Below, one piece after another: positions 50,375-63,319 of a stretch of DNA of 64,000 bases. The position numbers and the translations under genes are program-made. The DNA comes from Octopus vulgaris (taxonomy: Eukaryota), in the NCBI GenBank assembly GCA_951406725.2, contig OX597833.1:41974001-42038000 (forward strand), read 5' to 3'. How positions within the stretch are numbered: position 1 is the first letter of the stretch; the number at the start of each line of letters is the position of its first letter. The notes beneath the pieces are model-generated. The model was not told the DNA's origin and did not search any database. It saw only the letters and a list, made by a program, of their open reading frames with translations.

Positions 50375-51217
50375 CAGTGCAGTGAATAAACTGTCATCTA
50401 AATTACGCAAAATTGAAAATAACACTGACATCTCATTTTAACAGATATATTTACCAAAATTACATAAAAATGTCTTGAACTACTAAAGAGTAAATTTATT
50501 CAATAAAATCGCCATTGACTTCAACCATGGCCTCCTTGTTTAAATTGGTGAATGCTGCCATAATCCTTGCCTTAAGTTCATCTTTGGAGTTACAAGGAGT
50601 TTTGTTGGTCTCTCGCTCAACTGCACCCCACACATGATAATCAAGGGGGTTGCAGTCTGGTGAGTTAGGTGGTCAGATGTTAGGGGTGATGTGGTCGTAG
50701 AAATCATCTGACAGCCAAGACTTGGTTCTTTTGCTTGTGTGGCATGGTGAAGAGCCCTTTTGCCAGACAGGATCTTCCAGCAGTCACCCTCTTGACTTAG
50801 GGCAATACTACCTCCTCCAGGCACTTAATGTAGGCATCTGTGTTGAGTCTGAGGCTGTGTGGGAAGATGAATGGAGGCATAATATTGCCATCACCAGTAA
50901 TCACTCGAAACACCATGGTGTCGACTGGATGTTTAATTTTTATCACTTTCAGTACATGTTTTGGGGACACAGCAAGTCAACGCTTGTTCTGTGTGTTCAC
51001 CATCTGTTCATATTGGAGCTTCCAGTGTGAATGTCAAGCAGTACAGCATGTTGTTTCCAAATTTCTGGCAGTGTGAATTGTGTCATGGTGCTGGTTTTAT
51101 CACAGACGGTGCCCAACTGACCCTACTATACTGTGTAGTCGACAAAATCAAAAATAAACAATGCACATGCGCCAAATTAAAAATATAAAATGGTGACAGC
51201 TTACCCATCACACCTTG
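50375..51217 (-). mobile_element. Deleted Tc1/mariner element of DD37D (maT) type
   Basis: Minus strand WQKGSSPCHTS...NI*PPNSPDCNPLDYHVWGAVERETNK; 37 residues between the (mutated) second D position and the third D; degenerate TIRs; TA at the right end. Confidence 0.8.
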
Positions 51218-53488
51218 TATTCTATAAAAATCATGTCTGGCCATGAAAAAATATTACTTTGCTTGGATACAGATGAGAACTGGCAACTGGAAGGATATCT
51301 GACTGTTAAAATCTGCCTTAATAATTTCTGTCTGCCCCATTCAAGCATGGAAGAGTAGATGTTGATACACATGCACACATCTATGTTAAAGTCTGTGTTG
51401 AGCCTACAGGCTCATTAATCTGACACTCCTCTTGTTTTCTGATGTGTTAGGAAACTGATAGTAACTTTCCTCTTGTCAAGAAGCCAGTCCACTCAACTAA
51501 AGCTACATGAAATGGAGTGAAAAGGCAGCGAGTTGGCAGAAACGTTAGCACGCCGGACGAAATGCTTAGCGGTATTTCGTCTGCTTTTACGTTCTGAGTT
51601 CAAATTCCACCGAGGTTGACTTTGCCTTTCATCCTTTCGGGGTCGTTAAATAAAGTACCAGTTACGCACTGGGGTCGATGTAATCGACTTAACCCCTTTG
51701 TCTGTCCTTGTTTGTCCTCTCTGTATTTAGCCCCTTGTGGGCAATAAAGAAATAGGTATTTCGTCTGCCGTTACGTTCTGAGTTCAAATTCCGCCCAGGT
51801 CGACTTTGCCTTTCATCCGTTCGGGGTCGATAAATTAAGCACCAGTTACGCACTGGGGTCGATGTAATTGACTCAACCCCTTTGTCTGTCCTTGTTTGTC
51901 CCCTCTATGTTTAGCCCCTTGTGGGTAATAAAGAAATATGAAATGGGGTGTAATGCTGCAGCTAACAATGCTCCACCTGGTCTGGCAATTAAACCAATGA
52001 CCTTATGATCATGACTTCAACAGCTTAACTACTAGGCCGTGCCCCTTCATATGATGTGAAACTGTTGATGATATGAAACTGAACAGATTAAATTGTGGTA
52101 TAGCTGACAATTCTGTTTTATTAAAAATGGTTAGAAAGTACATATGTTCACTCTTTCACCATAACCATAAATTCCATTTTGATGCAGACTTGGGTGCAAT
52201 TCTAATGCTTTTGCAGCCAGTGGAAATTTGAGAAATACTTGTCAAGATGTTTTTACAAGTAGGTTTTGTTAGTTCTTTCATACTGGTATGAATTAGATGG
52301 GTTTTCTCTTTCGAGGCCCAGCATCCTCAGAACTAGCCTCTAGTAATCTACCCCCTCCACACACACACCAAATAGTTCTGCTGCACAATTGGCTGCTGAG
52401 GAGGTGACCAAAAGTTGTTGCACTGCAGATATGCTAAACTTGAATCTGTTCTAGAAACGTGTTATATATTTTGCTCTGTGATGTTAAGCTATTTAGGTTT
52501 GTTGAGCAACAAGCATATTATATCACTAAATTATTAAAAATTATAACAGCAGTTAAAATGGAAGAAGATTATCTTCTAGCTCTCATGTTGAACAATTCTT
52601 GGAAACTTTTAATGCTTTCACACTGAAATCCCCTGGAACCACTTTTAGGAAGAATGTTATGATCTCAGTCACTTATACATCTTAGAAACTAGGTAACCAT
52701 CTCTATGCATCTTAGAACTTAAGACTATATACAGAATACTTGATAATTATACAGGGTGGGCCAAAAGTCAGTCCAGTATGCTCCAGAATTGTCAAAGACC
52801 TGCTTTAGTTTTTCTAAAATGAATAAAATAAATAAAATTATGATGAATAAATACTTGTACATGATAGACAAAATGATAAATAATAATAATAGATAAATAA
52901 ATGCCCTAATGCATTGGCTTTCATGGCTTCTGATCTTAACTGATTGGAAGTGTTATGTACACTATTTTGTCTTATATATATATGTTTGTGTGTGTGTGTG
53001 TCTCCCCAACATCGCTTGACAACCGATGGTGGTGTGTTTATGTCTTCGTAACTTAGCGGTTTGGCAAAAGAGACTGATAGAATAAGTACTAGACTTACAA
53101 AGAATAAGTCATGGGGGTTGATTTGGTCGACTAAAGGCGGAACTCCAGCATGGCCACAGTCAAATGACTGAAACAAGAAGAAAGAGTAAAAGAGTACATT
53201 GAGATAGAATAACAGACAAGAGGATCATAATCATTGATCTGCTCGATCAGTATTAACCTCAGTTTGAACAACAACCGCATTTACCTCATCGGTCTGAGAT
53301 AATCTGCAAGGCTACCACCTCTGCTTGGACTAAAATGTTATTTCCCCCAACCATTGTTTTGTCAGCATACTCCAAACTTAAAAGGAGGGAAGCTTGCATG
53401 AAACTATTTACAAAAATATATTATTGAAGTTATTAATGGAAATTAGATTCTGTGGTTTGTTAATAAATGACTACTGATGTTACCAAAA

Positions 53489-53791
53489 TCTATCTATCTA
53501 TCCGCTCAGTCGAAGTCGACTCTCGGTTACTCGATGGATCAGTGTCCTCCAGTCAGTTCTATCCTGGGTCACTTCTTTCAGATTGGCTATGGCCATTCCC
53601 GTGTCACTCTTAATGGTGTCAAGCCAGCGGGTTCTTGGTCGGCCTTTTCCTCTCTTGCCATTGACCATTCCAAGCATGATGTCCTTCTCCAGGGATTTTC
53701 TATGCATATTATGACCAAAATATGTCAATCTATGTTTGGTGATCCTAGCTTCTAGCGACAGTTTCGGTTTGATCTGGTTAAGAACTTCTTC
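53489..53791 (-). mobile_element. RTE/BovB-like LINE 3' fragment with (GATA)n tail
   Basis: EEVLNQIKPKLSLEARITKHRLTYFGH...SLEKDIMLGMVNGKRGKGRPRTRWLD...WRTLIHRVTESRLRL*, followed by TAGA repeats. Confidence 0.88.
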
Positions 53792-55562
53792 AAAATACAT
53801 TAAAAAATTTTTCCTTTTATTTTTCTCTTACTTGACTACAAAAAGTAATATAATTTAATTTATATGTACTTCATACTACGATGAGATTGGAGAGCCATTT
53901 TAAAAATCATTGATTTTTTTTGTATATTTTTGAGCCTTTTGTTTTCATACAGTCTATTTATATATATATATATGTATCAACATTTGAACATTTGATAGCA
54001 TTTCTACTGCTAACCAATCACTTGTGGTGTGGTTGCAGAACCTTTTGTTTACATAGACAAACTGAAGCCGGTAGAGTTATGTACCTTGCACTGTGTTAAA
54101 ACATCAGTTCGAGTAATAAGAATTTTATGCTTGTGACTACGTGGTGAATGGCTCAGCAGCCTCTGGTTGTTAGTCTTCACATCTTTTTTTTAATAACTTA
54201 GAGGAAGAAGGACAGCACCCATAGCCCTTTTCAGGACTTATGACATTGATGGCAGGAAGAAAAGGGGCTGGCCTAAATACTTGCGATAGAGCAGAGTCTA
54301 CTAAAGGAATCCAAAGTTAGATATTGGTGTTAAATTGGGTGACAGATTAAATCTGTCACTGAAGAACAGAAATGAGGTCCTTAACAGATTTTCACAGTTT
54401 CCATCCAATAAATTTTACTCACCAGGCTTTGTCAACCCAAGGCTTTGGTAGATACTTGCTCAGGGTGTTGTGCAGTGGCATCAAACTTGAATATGCAATT
54501 GCAAAGTGAAAGTCTTAACTGTGTTGCCATGCCTGAAATATTCCTAGTTCACTTGATTAAGCTTCATTCATTAAAATAATATATTTTATCGACCCTGGAA
54601 GGAGGAAAGGCAAAGTCAGCCTTGGTAGCATTTGAATTCAGGAAGGAAAGAGCCAGAGGGCTAAGCATTTTCTCCAACATGATATTGATTCTGCTAGCCT
54701 GCAGAATATACTGTTTTATTAGAGATGTTTCTGTTCAGTCAAGTTAATATTTCAATTAAATTCATCATCATCATAATATCTTCTATTGGAAGCTGTTGCT
54801 TCCATAGACTGAAGCTCATACTTGTGGTTTGGCTTAGTTTATATGATTAGATGCTCTTTCTATCACTAACCACTTTATAGAGTGTAGTGGGTGCACTTTA
54901 GTGGTACTAACATTAGAGAAATTGAATAAAGGGATCTTATAATAATAATGAAATTATTGTATACAGTGCTCAGGTGCACCACAACTTGTCAGACAGTGCG
55001 TATAAAGTATATGCAGTAATGTACAAATGTCTGGAAAGTGAACAGTGTATGAGTCAGATACATGCTTATGTGTATATGGAGGGGAGAAAATCAGGTGTAG
55101 TGTTGGCGAATCTCAGAAAGCATGGAAGTTTTGAAGGATGCAGTGCTCCGACAACTAACAACTGATGCTGGCAGTTTGTTTCATGCTTCAGCAACTCTTA
55201 GCACAAAAAAATGTTTCCTAAAGTCATGGGAGCTGTGCTGTTTTCTGACTGTTTTATAACTCTATGCATTCTCTGCTCAGTTTGCCAACCACTTTACAAG
55301 GATGCTGGGTGCATTTTGTGGTTCCAGTACTAAAGAGATTAATCTCACTTGCCTGTCACTTCAAGGGAGTGTGCGTAGTCAGCTGACACCAGTACAGAAA
55401 AGATATTATCTTATATATAGGGCAATGAAGAAAGTATTCAGAGCTCAGACATGTAGATCAGGGAGAAAGAATTGGACAATTAATAATCCTGATTGAAATT
55501 TTCTCTTTATCTGTTTTGTACAACTTATGGTAAGATATTGTGTTTTTTAATTTATACTTAAT

Positions 55563-56136
55563 GATCGGTGGCACATAAAAAACACCATCTGAGCGTGGCC
55601 GTTCACCAGCCTCGTCTGGCACCTGTGTCGGTGGCACATAAAAAACATCATCCGAGCGTGGCCGTTTGCCAGCCTCGTCTGGCACCTGTGTCGGTGGCAC
55701 ATAAAAAACACCATCCGAGCGTGGCCGTCTGCCAGCCTCGTCTGGCACCTGTGTCGGTGGCACATAAAAAACACCATCCGAGCATTGCCGTCTGCCAGCC
55801 TCGTCTAGCACCTGTGTCGGTTGCACATAAAAAACACCATCCGAGCGTGGCCGTTCGCCAGCCTCGTCTGGCACCTGTGTCGGTGGCACATAAAAAAACA
55901 CTATCCGAGCGTGGCTGTTCGCCAGCCTCGTCTGGCACCTGTGTCGGTGGCACATAAAATCACCCACTACACTCTCGGAGTGGTTGGCGTTAGGAAGGGC
56001 ATCCAGCTGTAGAAACACTGCCAGATCTGACTGGGCCTGGTGCAGCCTTCGGGCTTCCCAGACCCCAGTTGAACCGTCCAACCCATGCTAGCATGGAAAG
56101 CGGACGTTAAACGATGATGATGATGATGATGATGAT
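55563..56136 (+). mobile_element. RTE LINE 3'UTR copy with an expanded 63-bp tandem array
   Basis: About 6 units of GGTGGCACATAAAAAACACCATCCGAGCGTGGCCGTTTGCCAGCCTCGTCTGGCACCTGTGTC, then the shared 3' end and (GAT)n. Other 3' ends at ~19850-20120, 50083-50322, 56690-56817, 59420-59505, 61717-62218, 62820-63157 (+) and 56890-57060, 60304-60522 (-). Confidence 0.92.
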
Positions 56137-56231
56137 TGATTGATTTGTATAAAATATTTTGTTGAATTTTATTTATTTATTTTTCTGGCACATTCTTTTT
56201 TTCTCTGAAGGTTCCTTGAAAGCTGAACAAA

Positions 56232-56290
56232 ATGCCAGCGGATCAGATTTCCTACTCTGAGAGATATTACGATGATAAATATGAATACAG
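56232..56290 (+). CDS. CKS1: Cyclin-dependent kinases regulatory subunit (Cks1/Suc1), coding exon 1
   Basis: MPADQISYSERYYDDKYEY+AG; exon begins at 56211 after a polypyrimidine AG; donor GT at 56291; 59 coding nt, phase 2. Confidence 0.96.
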
Positions 56291-57060
56291 GTTGGATAAG
56301 TACAATTACCATTTACTTTCAAAATACCCTTAATCTAGCATTAATGCTTATTGTTCATTGTTTGCATTTCAAATACTATGCTCTTGTGGGATTAAAATGA
56401 CCAAGTTAAATGCTTGAATTCTTAAGGATTCTTAAGATGCTCTACAGTCGGACAAACAATAGTAATGTCTGATGGTTGATACAGAATTATTGACACTTGA
56501 ATGATGCATACATGCATGTATGGATGCATGAAATTAGGTACCCAAAACTGACTGGAAGCCTGACAGATGGACTCCAACTATGACTTAAAGGTCCGACCTC
56601 AAGTTGAGTACCTGTAACCCTTGTATCACTCTGAATCAGCTTGGGAATTATGCAAAGGTTACACATGTTTGAGAAATATGTAACCACATGGCGTTAGGAA
56701 GGGCATCCAGCTGTAGATAAGACTGGAGCCTGGTGCAGCCTTCTGGCTTCCCAGATCCCCAGTCGAACCGTCCAACCCATGCTAGCGTGGAGAACGGACG
56801 TTAAACGATGATGATGATATATGTTACATTACCTAGTTGGACATGTGTCTGATCAAACATGTGTCTGGTCAGGCCTAACAGAAGGATATATCATCATCAT
56901 TTAATGCCCGTTTTCCATGCTGGCATGGGTTAGTTGATTTAATCAGAGCTAGTAAAGTAACTAGAGAGCTGCACCAGGTTCCAGGCATCTGTTTTAGCTT
57001 GGTTTCTACGGCTGGATGCCTTTCCTGGTGCCAAACACTCTACAGAGTGTACTGGGTGTC

Positions 57061-57490
57061 TTTTATGTGTCACCAGCATGGATGCCTTTTATGTGTCACC
57101 AGCATGGATGACTTTTATGTGTCACCAGCATTTAGGCCTTTTACGTGTCACCAGCATGGATGCCTTTTACATGTCACCAGCATGGATGACTTTTATGTGT
57201 CACCAGCATTTAGGCCTTTTACGTGTCACCATCATGGATGCCTTTTACATGTCACCAGCATGGATGACTTTTATGTGTCACCAGCATTTAGGCCTTTTAC
57301 GTGTCACCATCATGGATGCCTTTTACATGTCACCAGCATGGATGACTTTTATGTGTCACCAGCATTTAGGCCTTTTACATGTCACCACCATGGATGCCTT
57401 TTACATGTCACCAGCACGGATGCCTTTTGTGTGTCACTAGTATGAGTGGCTTTTTATGTGTCACCAGCACAAATGGTTTTTACATGTCAT
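57061..57490. repeat. 26-bp minisatellite with a 78-bp higher-order period
   Basis: Units TTTTAYRTGTCACCAKCAT followed in rotation by GGATGCC, GGATGAC, TTAGGCC. Confidence 0.92.
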
Positions 57491-59040
57491 CAGCACTAGC
57501 CACAATCATGATTTCACTTAGCTTGATGCGTTTTCTCAAGCACAGCAAATCACCAGAGGTCTTGGTCACTTGTCATTGTCTCCATGAAAGTCAACAACTG
57601 AAGATCATATTTCACCACCTTGTCTCACATCTTCCTAGATCTACCTCTTTCACAGGTTCCCTTCACAATTAGAGATCTACACTTCTTTACGCAACTGTCA
57701 TCATCTATACACAAGCTGTCTTCATCAATGTATATATACATATATATATATGTTTAAGGAAAAATAGTAATATTATAATAGCCATTACATGACAATTTTA
57801 CATGTCACTGGCACGGGTGTCTTAATTACAATTTCCATTTGATTTTTATTTTGATGTTGACGTACTTGACTTAATAGGTCTCCTCAAGAACAGCGGGTCA
57901 CTCTACGATCCAAGGTTAGCACAGCAGGCCGTCCTGCAAGCCATGAACTCACTTCATTTGTCGAGTCTTCACAGTCACAGCATATCTCAGGGGTCTTCAA
58001 ATATTTTCAGTATTTATATCCACGCTAATTTTTGATTGATTTGATATTTTTTATTGCAACATAGTGCAGATGTAAATGCTGAAAAATATTTCAGCTATAA
58101 AGAATGAGATTAGATATCTCAAAAATTATGTTATATTACTTACTTAAACCCTTTGCTTCCTATAGAGCATAAACCAGTGTTTACTTTTTTTCCACTGCTC
58201 TCAACTCTGAGCCATTCTTTTTGATTTGTTTCTCAGGTCTTGTTAGTTTTGAATTGTCATTGATGCTTCTGTAACTTTGCTTTTTCCTGAGTAGGGATGT
58301 TGACCCTATGCAGACATATTTTTACCCCTGGGAAGAGGTGGTCTGTATTAATCTGACTTGTATCTTTTGACCTGTCCATTATAGGAGATCCTACTAGGAG
58401 CTTGTGCTCTGTTGGCATAGCTCTCAGGCCCATTGAAGAACATAAGCCATTTCACTGCAGCAAGAACTTGACCTTGTGGTGTATAATGTTATATGGATAT
58501 TATTAAAATCAGGTGTTAGAGCATCCCTTGTTTCATTTTTTACATAAAGATGACATACAAAATGAAAACAAAATACAAATTTCTATCAAGAACACTTCTG
58601 ACTGACAGAACAATATCTTTACAATTACTGAGATATCTTGAACTGGTGCAGCTTATCTTTGTTGTTTTACACTTCTCTTTAAAACAACCTATTCTTTTAC
58701 TATATTTGTGTAATCAGCTCAAGTTTGTTGTAATGTGATTTTTTTTTTAATCTTGTATCTGTTTTAATTATCTATATTTCACCTCAAGTGTGTTTTAATT
58801 GCCTATAAATGAGTGGATTTGATAGACAGAAAATGAAAGAAGCCTGTTGTATGTATGTGTGTGTGTTTGTGTGTGTGTATAGGCGTAGGAGTGGCTGTGT
58901 GGTAAGTAGCTTGCTTACCAACCACATGGTTCCAGGTTCTGTCCCACTGCATGGCACCTCGGGCAAGTGTCTTCTACTATAGCCTCAGGCCAACTAAACT
59001 TGTGAGTGGATTTGGTGGACAGAAACTGAAAAAAGCCCAG

Positions 59041-59079
<39 letters not shown>

Positions 59080-59583
59080 TTGTGTGTGAGTGCCTGTGTA
59101 TATGTGTGTTTGTCCCCCCCAACATCGCTTGACAACTGATGCTGGTGTGTTTACATCCCCGTAACTTAGCGGTTCAGCCAAAGAGATGATAAAATAAGTA
59201 CCAGGCTTAAAAACTATAAGTACTTGGGTCAATTCATTCAACTAAAAATTCTCCAAGGTCGCTGCCTCACCATAGCCACAATCTAATGATCGAAATTAGT
59301 AAAAGATAAAAAACACACAGACATACACATGATGGTTGTAAATAAGTATCACTGTCACACAAACATTCCTTCATTTCCAGAATTCTGGAAAACCGATATG
59401 GGTTGGTGACAGAAAGGTGAGTCTGGCTGTAGAAAATCTGCTTCAGTAAACTCTAACCCATGCAAGCATAGAAAAGGGGACATGAAAACGATGATGATGA
59501 TGATGTATACTGTATTCCAACTGCTGTGTGTCAAACAATAACAATACAACCCACTTTTAATTCTTCTTCCCCCTTTTTTTCAG

Positions 59584-59711
59584 ACATGTAATCTTACCCA
59601 GTGATATTGCAAAACTTGTGCCCAAAAACCACTTAATGACAGAGACTGAGTGGCGTAACCTTGGAGTGCAGCAATCTCCAGGATGGATTCATTACATGGT
59701 GCATTCTCCAG
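59584..59711 (+). CDS. CKS1: Cks1/Suc1 coding exon 2
   Basis: (R)[42 protein letters not shown]; acceptor TTTTTTTCAG, donor GT at 59712; 128 nt; phases compatible with both neighbours. Confidence 0.98.
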
Positions 59712-62412
59712 GTTTGTGTTACTGTCTTCAAAATTTCATACTCCTTATTTACTCCTTTAATAATTTAGTTATTTACTTTATATTACAAACAATTACTGTG
59801 TTAGTCAGAAGATATCTTACATGTTGATTACCATTAAGATTCATTGTTAATCTCAATTAGGTATCTAATTTAATTATTTAATCAACTGACTGGTTCTTTT
59901 TTTTTTTTTTTAATTAAAATTATGGGTTTTAATTAAAAGGTGTGGTGCTCATAGCCCTTGTTAGCCTTCTTAGACAGGTGAAACCAGTCAAGGCGGTGAG
60001 CTGGCAGAGACATTAGCACGCCAGGCGAAATGCTTAGCGGTATTTCGTCTACCGCTATGTTCTGAGTTCAAATCCCACCGAGGTCGACTTTGCCTTTCAT
60101 CCTTTCGGGGTCGATTAAATAAGTACTAATTACACACTGGGGTCGATATAATCAACTTAATCCGTTTGTCTGTCCTTGTTTGTCCTCTCTGTGTTTAGCC
60201 CCTTGTGGGTAATGAAGAAATAGGTATTCAGTTTTGATACATGTAGGTTGAGGGCTCTAGTGTAGGCAAGAGCAGAATCCCAGTGGTTGCAGTTCTGAGA
60301 ATTATCATCATCATCATCATCGTTTAACGTCCGTTCTCCATGCTAGCATGGGTTGGCCGGTTCGACCGGGGATCTGGGAAGCCAGAAGGCTGCACCAGGC
60401 TCCAGTCTTATCTGGCAATGTTTCTACAGCTGGATGCCCTTCCTAACGCCAACCACTCCGTGAGTGTAGTGGGTGCTTTTTACGTGCCACCTGCACAGGT
60501 GCCAGGCGAGGCTGGCAACGGCATAAATATTTAGTATGGATCAAGGAGGTGACAAGAGGATGAGTGACATATAGGTCAAGTGGTCTTGTGTGAGGGAGGT
60601 GATGGAAAGACGAGTGAGTGTGTGAGAGTGTAGAACTAGCTAGTTTGGAAGAGTAGAGGCCACTGTGATAGTGGTAGAAGAGGGAGTAAAATGACGCAGC
60701 ATGTGAACTAGGGATTGAAGCATATTGATCAGTGAATCATTGATAGGGTTTTCTTTGGAGTGTGATTTATGCTCTTAGTGTGTGTGTGTGTGTGTGTGTG
60801 TGCTGCAGCAGTACCACTGTTCTGCTGATGTGAGCGTCACTCTAATGTAAGTCTTAGATGAGCTGTTTTGAGATGTCAGCACTGCAAATGATTCCTGTTT
60901 TGGGGATAACTGATTCAATAAGACAGTTGAGACTCCCTTCGGTCATGACTGACCATGGGATTGCACCTAGAAAGTTACCCTCCCAGGCACAAGTCCGGGC
61001 AAGGTTGTTTATGGAAGACCAGCTGTCGCCCATGCATACCGGCCTCCCATCTCCACGCCACCAGTGTTATTCAAAGGAAAGGCAAAGGCCGATACACCTT
61101 GGCACCAGTGATGTTGCAGCTCATTTCTACAGCTGGGTGAACTGGAGCAACGTGAAATAAAGTGCTTTGCTCAAGAACACAACATACAGCCAGGTCCAGG
61201 AATCAAATTCACTACTTCATGATTGTGAGCCCAACGCTCTAACTACTGAGCCATGCACCTTCACATTGTGCAAATACCAATTTATTAATCTCAACAATAC
61301 TTTAACCACTTAATTTTAGATCCATAATTACATATTGAAGTGTTAACTTTCTGAACTGGGACTTGTTGTCTATGTCATCATCACGGTCCTTATCTAATTA
61401 TCATTATCATTTATTCTCATCTTTTTATGTCTGCTTCATGCTCATGTGAGTTGGATGGGTTGTCATAGACTAAGTTCTTATTTGGTGCTACTGCTCTCTT
61501 ATACTGGCTGGGGACCAATTATCATGCATATGTTCCAATTTTGGCATGTTTTCTGCTGCTGGATGCCCATTCTACCACTAATCCCTTTACTGAATGTGTC
61601 TATTGGCACCTGCTCTAGAGAGGTTCTCTGGTTCCTGACAAGACTGAAGAGGTCCTCTCTAACCTTTGTTGTCTCTGTTCATTCACCAACCACTTTACAG
61701 TGTACTGGGTGCAACGACCTGCTGTGCTTACCTTGGATCGTAGGGTGACCTGCTGTGCTTGAGGAGACCTATTGAGTCAAGTACATCAATATCGAAATAA
61801 ATATCAAATGGAAATTGTAGTTATGATACCTGTGCCGGCGGCACGTAAAAAGCACCATCCAAATGTGGCACATGACCTGCTGTACTTGAGGGGACCTATT
61901 GAGTCAAGTACATCAGCATCAAAATAAATATCAAATGGAAGTAGTAGTTGCGATACCTGTGCCGGTGGCACGTAAAAAGCACCATCCAAATGTGGCCGAT
62001 GCCAGCACCGCCTTGACTGGCTTCTGTGCCAGTGGCAAGTAAAAAGCACCAACAAATCGTGGCTGCTGCTAGCCTCCCCTGGCACGTAAAAAGCACCCAC
62101 TACACTTATGGAGTGGATGGCATTAGGAAGGGCAGCCTCCTGGCTTCCCAGACCCTGGTCGAACTGTCCAACCCGTGCTAGCACAGAAAACGGACGTTAA
62201 ACGATGATGATGATGATGTACAATCACTAAAGAGGTAATCTTTTCCCTTGCAAGACCAAACCAAAGAGTCCTCTCTATATTCATTCATTTACCAACACTA
62301 TAGAGTTATTTTATTCCTTGACAGGTTTAAAAGTGAACTAGAGAGAGTGATAAAGGAGAAAGTAATGAAAGAGAACAAGAGTGCTAGAGTGATAAGGTGA
62401 TAGAGGAAAAGA

Positions 62413-62452
<40 letters not shown>

Positions 62453-63242
62453 ATGAGATGATTATTGATAAAGAAATTCTAAAGAAACAAAATGAGTATC
62501 ATGATGAGGAATGAGAGAGTGATATGAGGAAAGTGGGCTGATAGAAGAGGTGGTACTGTTATAGATTCCACCACTTCACAAACCCATTGCTTATTCAATA
62601 TGATGTTTACATTTTGAAAGTAGTGATTCATAAATCTCAACATTTTCAACACTTTTAGGTTGACAATTGTATATTGCTGTGGGATTTCCAATTTATGACA
62701 TCATTATTACCTATATCTAATCCATGCCATGTCCCCTTTTCCTCATCAGTTTCCTCTGACTGTAAATGATCTAGGAAAATATTTTTGTTAAAAGTAAGAT
62801 TGATATTTAAAAAGGGTACTCGGCTAACTGGCCTCCATGCCAGTGGCACGTAAAAGGCACCATTCAAGCGTGATCGTTACCAGCATCGCCTTACTGGCAC
62901 CTGTGCCGGTGGCATGTGTAAAAAGATTCGAGCGAGGTCGTTGCCAGTACCACCTGACTGGCCTCCAAGCCGGTGGCATGTAAAAGCACCCACTTCACTC
63001 TTGGAGTGGTTGGTGTTTGGAAGGGCATCCAGCTGTAGAAACTCTGCCAGATCTAGATTGAAGCCTGGTGCAGCCATCTGGTTTGCCAGCCCTCAGTCAA
63101 AATCGTCCAACCCATGCTAGCAGGGAAGGCAGACGTTAAACGATGATGATGATGATGTGTGTATGTATGTATGTTTGTATATATGTGCTAATAATGCATG
63201 TGTGTTCATTTAATAATTTTCTTTACCGTTATATTTCCATAG

Positions 63243-63319
63243 AGCCTCACGTATTGCTGTTTCGGCGTCCAGTGCCATTACGTGAAAAACCGCAGCATGT
63301 GAACAAGCCAGGGGAGTAA
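63243..63319 (+). CDS. CKS1: Cks1/Suc1 coding exon 3
   Basis: (E)PHVLLFRRPVPLREKPQHVNKPGE*; acceptor TTTCCATAG. Total CDS 59+128+77=264 nt, 87 aa, with the HxPEPH hinge. Confidence 0.96.

Noticed and set aside
52750-52785. TACAGGGTGGGCCAAAAGT, a Tc1-like terminal repeat
   Set aside because: No partner TIR or transposase found nearby.
55458-56081. 207-aa protein with 21-aa repeats, or a CRISPR-like array
   Set aside because: Contiguous 63-bp tandem units with no unique spacers, lying in a LINE 3'UTR; frames stay open because 63 is divisible by 3.
56999-57445. Cys/His-rich repeat ORF resembling a metal-binding protein
   Set aside because: By-product of the 26/78-bp minisatellite inside a Cks intron.
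59618-59827. 69-aa ORF as a stand-alone gene
   Set aside because: It is Cks coding exon 2 running into the intron; the true exon is 59584-59711.
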